A DNA stretch of 64,000 nt from the NCBI GenBank assembly GCA_025060395.1, contig JANXCC010000002.1:102234-166233 (forward strand), read 5' to 3'. Of this stretch, positions 1 to 7,592 are shown piece by piece. Numbering within the stretch: the first letter of the stretch is position 1; every line of letters starts with the position of its first letter. A program made the position numbers and the translations under genes. This DNA comes from Candidatus Bipolaricaulota bacterium. Its GTDB lineage: Bacteria; Bipolaricaulota; Bipolaricaulia; RBG-16-55-9; DRXL01. The notes below the pieces were generated by a model. It saw nothing but the letters and a program-made list of their open reading frames with translations. It was not told where the DNA came from and did not search any database.

Positions 1-2
1 TC

Positions 3-1829
3 GAAGGGAACGTCATCACTTCGACAGCCGGGCCGGCGATCCAAAGCTCCGGTGGAGCCGATCTGCGCAATCTGAGGATTCTCAACAACCAATTGAGAAG
101 CACGGTAGCCAACGGGCTGGGCTTCGCGCACGCGGGCGCCCTAGAGAATTCCGTCATCTCCGAGAACATTTTGGAGACCAACGGCAGCGCGGGGATCGGC
201 TTTGGCGGCGCGGTCACTCGTGTCCGACGCCTCTCCATCAGCAACAACCGCATCAACACCAACGCTGCCGACGGGGTTGTCTTTATGAACTCCAGCAGCG
301 TCGAAGAGCTAGAGCTGTCGCGCAACACGATTCGCGGCAACACCGTCGGGGTGCAGTTCAGCAACGCCGGCGGCGTCAGCGAGGTCGAGTTCTCCGGCAA
401 CACGATCTCGGCGAGTACGGCCGGCCCAAACGTGCTCTTTGCCAACAACGGCTTTGTCGAGGACGTCTCGTTTGAAGGGGACGAGCTGAGCAATACGACA
501 GCGATGGGCGCTCCCAGCGTGCTCATTGCGAACACCGGCGTCGCCGAGCGGATTCGGTTCCGCAACGTCTTGATCGAGCGCAATCGCGGGCATGGCATCT
601 GGGTACGGAACGCCGGGCGCTTGCGCGAACTCTCTATTCTCGGCGGGCGCATTCGTAATAACGCCGGGCACAACGTCTTCATCGAGCACAACGCGCCTGG
701 AACAGACTTTGGCGTCTCAGAAGTTCTCTTCGAGGGCGTGACCATCGAGCAAGCCGACGACAACGGGATTCGCATCCTCACCACCACCGCCGAGATCGGC
801 CCGCTGCGCTTCCAGAACGTGCTCTTAGCTAAAAACGGCGCTTTGGGCATTTGTATACGCACCAACACGGGCACGATGGGCGATATTCTCGTCGAAGGCG
901 CAACGATCCGAGAGAGCCAGGGCGTCCCTGGCACCACCGCGTGCGATCTCGCTCCTCAAGCCGAAGGCTCCGGCATCGAAATCCTCACGCTGGGCAACAC
1001 CCCCATCCGCAACATCACGGTGCGCGGCAGCACCTTCACCAACAACGGAGGCTTTGGGCTGCGCCTGCACGCCTTGGGCAACGACCGAGTGACCAATATC
1101 GCGATTCAGAACAATCGTTTTGAGCAGAACGGCACCCGCGCGGCCATCGGCCAAGGCTCCGGCGTCAGCCTGCGCGGCGACATCGTCGAGGAGATCGTCG
1201 TCAATCCCACCGTGGCCAACGACAACAACGATCACGGGATCGAGATCTCCGCGTCGCGCGATATTCTCAACGTCACGATCTCCGGCGGAGAATTCTCCAA
1301 CAACGACCGCAATCGCGACGGCGTCGGCGCGGGGATCTCCGTGAGCGCTAACGAAGATTTATTGGGCTTGCGCATCAGCGACTGCAAGCTCCTGAACAAC
1401 ACCAAGGGCGTGCGCGTCCAGGCCGACATCGCGCGGGATCATCGCGTCACCAACTGCGAGATTGCGAATAACACCCAAGCCGGCGTTGAAGCCTCGATTC
1501 CCAACGGCACGAACCTAGACGCGAGCAACAACTACTGGGGCAGCCCCGATGGGCCGAGCGCGCCCAACGGCTGCGCGGGCCAAGTCGTTTGTACGCCGTT
1601 CTTGACGGCGCCGCCGGCTGGCCCGACACCACCGACACCGCCCACGCCACCGACGCCACCGAGTGGAGACTTTGCTGCGTGTGCCGCGGGTGCCGACAAC
1701 CGAATAGACGACATCGAGATGCTGGGGATCATAGATGCTTGGATCAAAGCACGAGACTATCACGGCTGCGGGGTGCCCACAGACGTGGACGTCCTGCAAG
1801 CGTTGGATCGCTGGATACGCGGCACGTGA
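3..1829 (+). CDS. Secreted right-handed parallel beta-helix repeat protein with Pro/Thr linker and C-terminal dockerin-like tandem repeat; the gene starts outside the window.
   Basis: The frame of ORF 93..1829 is open back to the window edge. It shows repeated N-N-x-I / SGNTI-type beta-helix turns, a PTPPTPPTPPTPP linker at about 1614..1655, and a C-terminal pair of IDAWIK-type repeats at about 1662..1826 shared with 4398..5864. Confidence 0.8.
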   Translation, partial: EGNVITSTAGPAIQSSGGADLRNLRILNNQLRSTVANGLGFAHAGALENSVISENILETNGSAGIGFGGAVTRVRRLSISNNRINTNAADGVVFMNSSSVEELELSRNTIRGNTVGVQFSNAGGVSEVEFSGNTISASTAGPNVLFANNGFVEDVSFEGDELSNTTAMGAPSVLIANTGVAERIRFRNVLIERNRGHGIWVRNAGRLRELSILGGRIRNNAGHNVFIEHNAPGTDFGVSEVLFEGVTIEQADDNGIRILTTTAEIGPLRFQNVLLAKNGALGICIRTNTGTMGDILVEGATIRESQGVPGTTACDLAPQAEGSGIEILTLGNTPIRNITVRGSTFTNNGGFGLRLHALGNDRVTNIAIQNNRFEQNGTRAAIGQGSGVSLRGDIVEEIVVNPTVANDNNDHGIEISASRDILNVTISGGEFSNNDRNRDGVGAGISVSANEDLLGLRISDCKLLNNTKGVRVQADIARDHRVTNCEIANNTQAGVEASIPNGTNLDASNNYWGSPDGPSAPNGCAGQVVCTPFLTAPPAGPTPPTPPTPPTPPSGDFAACAAGADNRIDDIEMLGIIDAWIKARDYHGCGVPTDVDVLQALDRWIRGT

Positions 1830-1951
1830 GAGGGGCGTTTTCCGTGCTTTCTGCGATGCAGAGCATCTGTCCCTTCTTGACGTCTCCGATGTCCCACCCG
1901 CAGAGGGGAGAAGCCCCTGACGCTGTGATCTCCATTACATAAGATAGTAAT

Positions 1952-2338
1952 GTGGGCAAGAAGAGCCAGCCGAAGAAGAAGCGCGCGCCAGGCCTACAGC
2001 AGACACCTTTGCTTGCTGTAGGGCCGGAGCGCATCAGCACGCTCAAAGATTTCTTGCGCTGGCTTGTGCTGCGCGAGCAGCTTGAAATTCAGCAAAATAC
2101 CCCCGAAGCGCAGCGCTTCGCCCATCGCTGGAATATCTTCCCCTACGAAGGCGCAATCTTTGTGGGAATCGTTACAGGGCTCTCAGGACAAGAGATCTTG
2201 AATCGCTTTCCGGAGCTCGATCTGCCCGTGAGCCTGCCCGAAAGCGAAGAACTCCCTGCAGAGCTGCGTGAGCTGCCGTATAAGCCGAATATCTTTTACT
2301 TTGGCCCCTTCAGCCAAGAGTACGACAACCTAGTCTAG
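1952..2338 (+). CDS. Hypothetical protein with a Lys-rich N-terminus and a GTG start.
   Basis: A 128-codon ORF sits in an otherwise empty intergenic gap. No recognisable domain is present and no strong RBS was seen. Confidence 0.3.
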   Translation: MGKKSQPKKKRAPGLQQTPLLAVGPERISTLKDFLRWLVLREQLEIQQNTPEAQRFAHRWNIFPYEGAIFVGIVTGLSGQEILNRFPELDLPVSLPESEELPAELRELPYKPNIFYFGPFSQEYDNLV

Positions 2339-2352
2339 AGGGGTGAGCATCG

Positions 2353-3258
2353 ATGACCAAGAGACGGCTTTTCTCCTTAGCGCTCATAGCATTGCTGGGG
2401 GCTCTGGTGGGCTTTGGCGGGGTGCTGCAGAGCTGCCAGCCTCCCAACAGAGCGCCCCTAGCGCGATTCGTCTTCAGTCCCAAGGAGCCCAAGGTCAACG
2501 AGAGCGTGACGTTCGACGGCTCAGCCTCGTACGATCCCGACGGCAAGATCATTAGCTATTTTTGGGACTTCGGCGACGGCCAGACCGCCCAAGGAGCGAC
2601 GACGACACACGCCTTCAAAAAAGCTGGAGAGTTCGACGTCATCTTGCAAGTGACCGACGACCGTGGGGCGAACACGACATTGGCAAAGACCGTGCGCGTC
2701 GTGCTGCCCAATCAGGCGCCGGTCGCGGTTTTCACCGTCGAGCCGCTGGAGCCCACAGTCAACCAAGAGATCACGTTTGACGCGTCCGTGTCTGCAGACC
2801 CCGATGGAACTATTGTCTCGTACAGCTGGGACTTCGGCGATCAGACGACCGGCCAGGGCAAGATCGTCACGCACACGTATACAGCCGCGGGCACCTACAG
2901 AGTCACGCTCACGGTCACGGACGACAAAGGCGCGACGTCCTCAGCATTTCAGAATCTAGTCATCACAGAGCAGTCATTGCTGCCCAATCAGCCTCCACTC
3001 GTGACGTTCAGCTTCACGCCGGTAAACCCTACAGTTAATCAGCCCGTAGCATTCGACGCCTCGGGTTCGACCGACGACGGCGAGATTATCAGTTATCTCT
3101 GGGACTTCGGCGACGGCCAGACCGGCCAGGGCAAGACCGTCACGCACACGTATAAGACCGCGGGGACGTTTACCGTGAAGCTCACGCTCACCGATGACCG
3201 CGGCGCGAAGAACTCGCTGACTCGCACCATCACGGTCGCCGAAGCCGCAAAGCCATGA
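2353..3258 (+). CDS. Exported PKD-repeat protein with three PKD domains, possibly a lipoprotein.
   Basis: It has a signal peptide and three roughly 85-aa repeats, each with FDxSxSxDPDGxIxSYxWDFGDG...HTY...G.Y.V.L.VTDD. The DNA is repetitive accordingly. Confidence 0.8.
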   Translation: MTKRRLFSLALIALLGALVGFGGVLQSCQPPNRAPLARFVFSPKEPKVNESVTFDGSASYDPDGKIISYFWDFGDGQTAQGATTTHAFKKAGEFDVILQVTDDRGANTTLAKTVRVVLPNQAPVAVFTVEPLEPTVNQEITFDASVSADPDGTIVSYSWDFGDQTTGQGKIVTHTYTAAGTYRVTLTVTDDKGATSSAFQNLVITEQSLLPNQPPLVTFSFTPVNPTVNQPVAFDASGSTDDGEIISYLWDFGDGQTGQGKTVTHTYKTAGTFTVKLTLTDDRGAKNSLTRTITVAEAAKP

Positions 3259-3272
3259 TAGAATAGCCGGGA

Positions 3273-4346
3273 ATGAGCACCAGAGTCCTTTGGGTAGTGC
3301 TAGCGCTGGTGAGCGCTAGCGTCTTGGGTGGAGCAGCGCAGACGACGCTCACGCTCACGGGCGCGCTCCCCTTTGATCTCAGTGGCGTTGGGAAGCCCAG
3401 CCTGGAAGGGAGTTGGCAGTGGCAGCGTGCTCAGTGGACGGTCAGCGCGAGCGCCACGCTCACCCCCACGAGCGTCGAGGGCGCCAAACTCAGCCTGAGC
3501 TATCAGATCTCGCGGCTGCAAGCGAGCGCGACCGCGACGCTCTCTCCTCAAGGGCTGACGAGCGCCGAGGCCAAGCTCAAGGCTGAACTCCCCAGCTTGA
3601 TCGCGGCAGAAAACACGCTGAGCTTTGGGAGGCGCGGCTTCAAAGGCGGAAAAATCGCGATCAAGCTCGGCCCCAGTGCCCTCAACGTCACGGGCAGTGC
3701 CCAGCTCACTCCCGAAGGGATCACGGCTCCTACAGGGACTCTGAACTTCTCGCTCTCCCGAGCGCGCGGCGAGCTCAGCGGGACGACGACGTTCTCGGCA
3801 CAGGGATTCAAGCACCAGTCGCTCTCCATCGTGGGGCATCTTAGCGACGATTGGACTCTTACAATGACGTCGCTCATCACACCAGCGGGGTTTCACTCGG
3901 AGACGTTCGAGCTGGCGACGACCCTGTGTGATGGACTGCTCTCGCTCTCGTTCAATGCCACGGTTGAGGGCCGCGGGATCACCAGCGAGAGCCTCTCGCT
4001 CGATCTGAGGCTCGAGGGACTCTTCGTCCAAGCTTCGATAGAGTTCTCAGGACTGGAGCTGAGCAGCTTGCAGCTTATGGCCAACGGCTTTCTCGGCGAT
4101 TTCTCGGTCGATGCGCTTCTCAGGGGCAGCTTTGAAGGCATTCAGTTCGCTACGCTCACGGCAAGCGGAGAGCTGTTCGGCTTCAGCGTGAGCGCCAGCG
4201 TCGATATAAGTATCTTTGGGCTAGATAATCTCTCGCTCAGTCTCAGCCGTGCTCTCGGGCGCTGGACGTTCAGCGCCGAGGGCAGCTTCGGCAGCGATGG
4301 CTTCCACGGCGGCACGCTCAAAGTAAGCTATAGCCTCAAGATTTGA
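3273..4346 (+). CDS. Secreted beta-rich protein, a candidate outer-membrane beta-barrel.
   Basis: It has a signal peptide and a Ser/Thr/Leu/Gly-rich alternating pattern. The C-terminus ...KVSYSLKI has alternating hydrophobics, resembling a beta-signal. There is no homology anchor. Confidence 0.65.
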   Translation: MSTRVLWVVLALVSASVLGGAAQTTLTLTGALPFDLSGVGKPSLEGSWQWQRAQWTVSASATLTPTSVEGAKLSLSYQISRLQASATATLSPQGLTSAEAKLKAELPSLIAAENTLSFGRRGFKGGKIAIKLGPSALNVTGSAQLTPEGITAPTGTLNFSLSRARGELSGTTTFSAQGFKHQSLSIVGHLSDDWTLTMTSLITPAGFHSETFELATTLCDGLLSLSFNATVEGRGITSESLSLDLRLEGLFVQASIEFSGLELSSLQLMANGFLGDFSVDALLRGSFEGIQFATLTASGELFGFSVSASVDISIFGLDNLSLSLSRALGRWTFSAEGSFGSDGFHGGTLKVSYSLKI

Positions 4347-4397
4347 CAGCCTTCCCCGCATAGCATAAGATAGAACTCAGCGCTCACAGGGAGGCTT

Positions 4398-5864
4398 ATG
4401 ATCTCTATGCGTTACGCCATAATTGTGCTTAGTCTTTTGTTCAGCGTAGGTTTTGTTGGCTCTCAGCTTGGCTACGCGCAGACGATCTCGATCGAGAGCG
4501 ACCAGCTCTCGCTAGGAGCGGCGGTCTGGCTGCCTATTGCGATCAACGCTGCTCCTGATGGGATACATCGTTACGTCCTCAGCGTCGTGGTTGATGTCCC
4601 TGAGATCGCGCACATTGAGGACGTGCGCTTCCCTGAACCAGTGCGGGATTTTGCGAGCTTTCAAATCGCTCCCGATGGTAACTCCGTGCAGATCGCGGTG
4701 CGCGACGAGAACGACGTGATCACCTCTGGGGCGCAGCAGACCCTTCTAGCTGAAGTGAAGCTGCGCGGGACGTTCGGTGGCCGCACAGGGGTTACGCTCG
4801 CTGTCCGCGAGATCGTCAATGATCGCTTGAACGCTTTTAACGTTGCGGTCGCGAACGGGCAGCTCACCGTGGCAGCCGCGCCGAGCGCCCCGACGCTCGT
4901 CGTCGGCTTCGATGGCGTCTTAGTGGGCGACACGGTGCGGGTGCCGATTATCCTCACGAGCACGGTTGGAGGTGTGCAGAGCTATCGTGCGCGGGTACGC
5001 CTAGAACGGCGCGACGTCGCAACGTTCATCGGGGCGGAGTTCCCCTTCTTCGCTGATCAGCAAGACGTCTCGATCACGCCCGATGGCAATGAAATCACCG
5101 TAGGCGCGCGCGATGGGGTCAACGCCGTCCAAGCTGGGGCCAAAGGGATACTCTTGGCGTGGCTGGTCCTGCGCGGCGATCTCCCCGATGGTAGCCCGCT
5201 GCGCCTGCTCAGCAACAATATCACTGAAGATAATAACAACAGCGGGCCGCTGCCGAGCAAGGATGGGCTGTTGACAGTCATTCGCTTAGAAAATTTGCCC
5301 CCGGAATTCTTCGGGCCGCAGCCGCGTCCCCAAGAGATCCTCGGAGATCGCTCGCCATCGATTCAGATCACGATCAGCGACGACAAGAACGCGGTGCTCT
5401 CCGAGACGATTCAGCTAACTCTCCAAGACGAAGTCCAGACATTACAATTTGGCTGGCGGAGCCCTGGGGCCTCGTGGGATCCGACGGCGCGTCTCTTTAC
5501 GGTCAATCTCAAGGCGATTGGAGTACAGCTCAGCGGCGATGTGCGGGCGCGCATCCGGGCGCGCGACCGCCAGGGCGCTGAAGGGCGCTTCGAATGGCGC
5601 TTCACCGTCCCACGGGGCGAGATGCCGCCTCCGCCCCCAGGAAAGACTCTCGAAGATCTCCTTGATGCAGACAGAGATAATCGTCTGAACGATCTTGAAA
5701 TCCTGAGAGCATTAGATGCGTGGATCAAGGGAGCGGAGCTCGCCCCTGGGCTCAAGATCGACGACCTGAAGATGCTCGCGCTCATCGACGCGTGGATCAA
5801 GGGCACCCCACTGCGTCCAACAGCACCCTTGATCGTTCAGGAAACGCTCCCTGTGCCCTTCTAA
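4398..5864 (+). CDS. Secreted scaffoldin-like protein with two tandem cohesin-like beta-sandwich modules and a C-terminal dockerin-like tandem repeat.
   Basis: It has a signal peptide and two internal roughly 130-aa repeats (about 4485..4877 and 4884..5273). These carry motifs such as VGDTVRVPIIL...GGVQSY, resembling the cohesin V-P-V...G-I strands. The C-terminal segment at 5646..5813 is DADRDNRLNDLEILRALDAWIKG followed by IDDLKMLALIDAWIKG. Confidence 0.75.
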   Translation: MISMRYAIIVLSLLFSVGFVGSQLGYAQTISIESDQLSLGAAVWLPIAINAAPDGIHRYVLSVVVDVPEIAHIEDVRFPEPVRDFASFQIAPDGNSVQIAVRDENDVITSGAQQTLLAEVKLRGTFGGRTGVTLAVREIVNDRLNAFNVAVANGQLTVAAAPSAPTLVVGFDGVLVGDTVRVPIILTSTVGGVQSYRARVRLERRDVATFIGAEFPFFADQQDVSITPDGNEITVGARDGVNAVQAGAKGILLAWLVLRGDLPDGSPLRLLSNNITEDNNNSGPLPSKDGLLTVIRLENLPPEFFGPQPRPQEILGDRSPSIQITISDDKNAVLSETIQLTLQDEVQTLQFGWRSPGASWDPTARLFTVNLKAIGVQLSGDVRARIRARDRQGAEGRFEWRFTVPRGEMPPPPPGKTLEDLLDADRDNRLNDLEILRALDAWIKGAELAPGLKIDDLKMLALIDAWIKGTPLRPTAPLIVQETLPVPF

Positions 5865-5915
5865 GGGATTTGCCTTGAGGCCCCTGCAAGGAGTATTATC
5901 ACAGCAGGGGTCTCT

Positions 5916-7547
5916 ATGAGAGTTCTTGTGCTGTGCGGGCTGCTCTTGGTAGGAACGGGGGGCTGTGCCCCACCACCCAATCAGCCGCCTATCGCGGCGA
6001 TCACGGCCGCGCCCATCAGCGGCGGCGTGCCCTTGACGGTGCAGTTCGACGGTTCTGGATCGCGCGATCCCGACGGAAAAATTATTGAGTACTCCTGGGA
6101 TTTTGGCGATGGCACTACAGCTTTTGGAGCGAAAGTCTCGCATACTTACACGCAGGCCGGGCTCTACCCCGTCATTCTCACGGTTAAGGACGACCGCGGC
6201 TCGACCGCCGTCGCCACGGTCATCATCAAAGTCGGCAACCCGCCTCCTACAGCGACCTTTACCGCATCGGTGACTAATGGCTTTGCTCCGCTCACCGTTA
6301 CGTTTGACGCTTCAGCGTCGAGCGATCCGGCATCGCGCTGGGCGCCGCAGCGCATCGTGCGTCACGAGTGGGACTTCGGTGACGGCACGGGCGCTATCGG
6401 CTCGCAAGTCTCGCACACCTACACGCGCGCTGGCGTCTATACTGTTACCCTGCGGGTCTTTGACGAGGACGGCGCAAGCGACCGCGCGCAGCAGACTATC
6501 CGTGTCTTGGACTTCTCGTTCCCACTCTCGCTCCCTGTGGGGCTCGGCCCGACGGCATTAGCGGTGGGAGACTTCGACGCTAACGGGCTCGACGACATCG
6601 CTGTCGCCAACTTCGAGAGCAGATCTGTTACCGTGGTGCTGAGCCGCGACGCCGGGGATTTTCGCATTCAAACGCCGCTTCTACTCACGTATCGTCCGAC
6701 CTCCCTGGTTGGTGGCGATTTCAACCAGGACAGAAAGCTCGATCTGATCGTGACGAACTTCGACGAAGGGCGTCTGTCCCTCTTCCAGGGTGACGGCACA
6801 GGACAGCTTACAGCCGTGCGAGAGATCATTGTCGGCGCCGGGCCGTATGCGCTCATCGGAGAGGATTTCAACGGCGATCGGATCCTTGATATAGCCGTTG
6901 CCAACGCGACGCTCGGACGCGTGACGACGCTGCTAGGGGATGGCACAGGAGACTTCTCCAAGGCTCAGGAGATCACGGTGGGCGGTTGGCCTAGTGCCCT
7001 GGCTCCTGGGGATTTCGACGAAGACGATCGCCTGGATCTCGCCGTGGTGAACTTCTTCGACGATACTGTGACGGTTCTCTTGGGCAACGGCGATGGGACT
7101 TTTGACGCCTTGATGCCCTTTCCCGCAGGCAAGGAGCCAATCGGCATAGCTGAGGGCGATCTTAACGGTGACGGCTTTGCTGATCTCGCTATTGCCGCTT
7201 CGGAGGAGAACTCGTTGAAGCTCTTCTTCGGACAAGGGACGGGGCGCTTTCGCGAGGGGCCAACGCTCTTTGTCGGCCCGGAGCCCCGTGCCGTCGATTT
7301 GGCCGATCTCGATCGCGATGGCGCTCTCGATCTCATCGCGGCGAGCATCCAGAGCAACGAGCTGAAGATCGTTCTTGGCCGAGGCGACGGCTCTTTTGGG
7401 ATGAGCAAGATCTGGCCTGTAGGCGCCGGACCTATAGCGATTGCCACGGGGCGCTTTGTAAGAAGCGAATTTGAAGATATAGCTATCGCGCAGTTCATCA
7501 GCGGGCGCCTGGCTATTCTGCTCAACGAGATGGCACGCTCCCCTTAA
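5916..7547 (+). CDS. Lipoprotein with two PKD domains followed by a seven-bladed FG-GAP (integrin-alpha-like) beta-propeller.
   Basis: It has a signal peptide with a Cys lipobox-like site. Two PKD repeats carry the WDFGDG...HTY motif. Seven repeats of GDF[DN]xDGxxD[LI]A[VI]xN follow. Confidence 0.85.
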   Translation: MRVLVLCGLLLVGTGGCAPPPNQPPIAAITAAPISGGVPLTVQFDGSGSRDPDGKIIEYSWDFGDGTTAFGAKVSHTYTQAGLYPVILTVKDDRGSTAVATVIIKVGNPPPTATFTASVTNGFAPLTVTFDASASSDPASRWAPQRIVRHEWDFGDGTGAIGSQVSHTYTRAGVYTVTLRVFDEDGASDRAQQTIRVLDFSFPLSLPVGLGPTALAVGDFDANGLDDIAVANFESRSVTVVLSRDAGDFRIQTPLLLTYRPTSLVGGDFNQDRKLDLIVTNFDEGRLSLFQGDGTGQLTAVREIIVGAGPYALIGEDFNGDRILDIAVANATLGRVTTLLGDGTGDFSKAQEITVGGWPSALAPGDFDEDDRLDLAVVNFFDDTVTVLLGNGDGTFDALMPFPAGKEPIGIAEGDLNGDGFADLAIAASEENSLKLFFGQGTGRFREGPTLFVGPEPRAVDLADLDRDGALDLIAASIQSNELKIVLGRGDGSFGMSKIWPVGAGPIAIATGRFVRSEFEDIAIAQFISGRLAILLNEMARSP

Positions 7548-7592
7548 AGGGCTATTGCATCCAACGAAATTTTTCGCTATCGTAGGAGTACC

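Noticed and set aside
2353-3258. DNA-level tandem repeats that might suggest a CRISPR or satellite array.
   Set aside because: The periodicity is about 255 nt and coding (PKD domain repeats). There is no short direct-repeat/spacer structure anywhere in the window.
3300-4031. A 243-aa Arg-rich ORF on the minus strand.
   Set aside because: It is antisense to the secreted protein 3273..4346. Its composition (Arg/Glu-rich from a GC-rich reverse frame) is typical of shadow ORFs.
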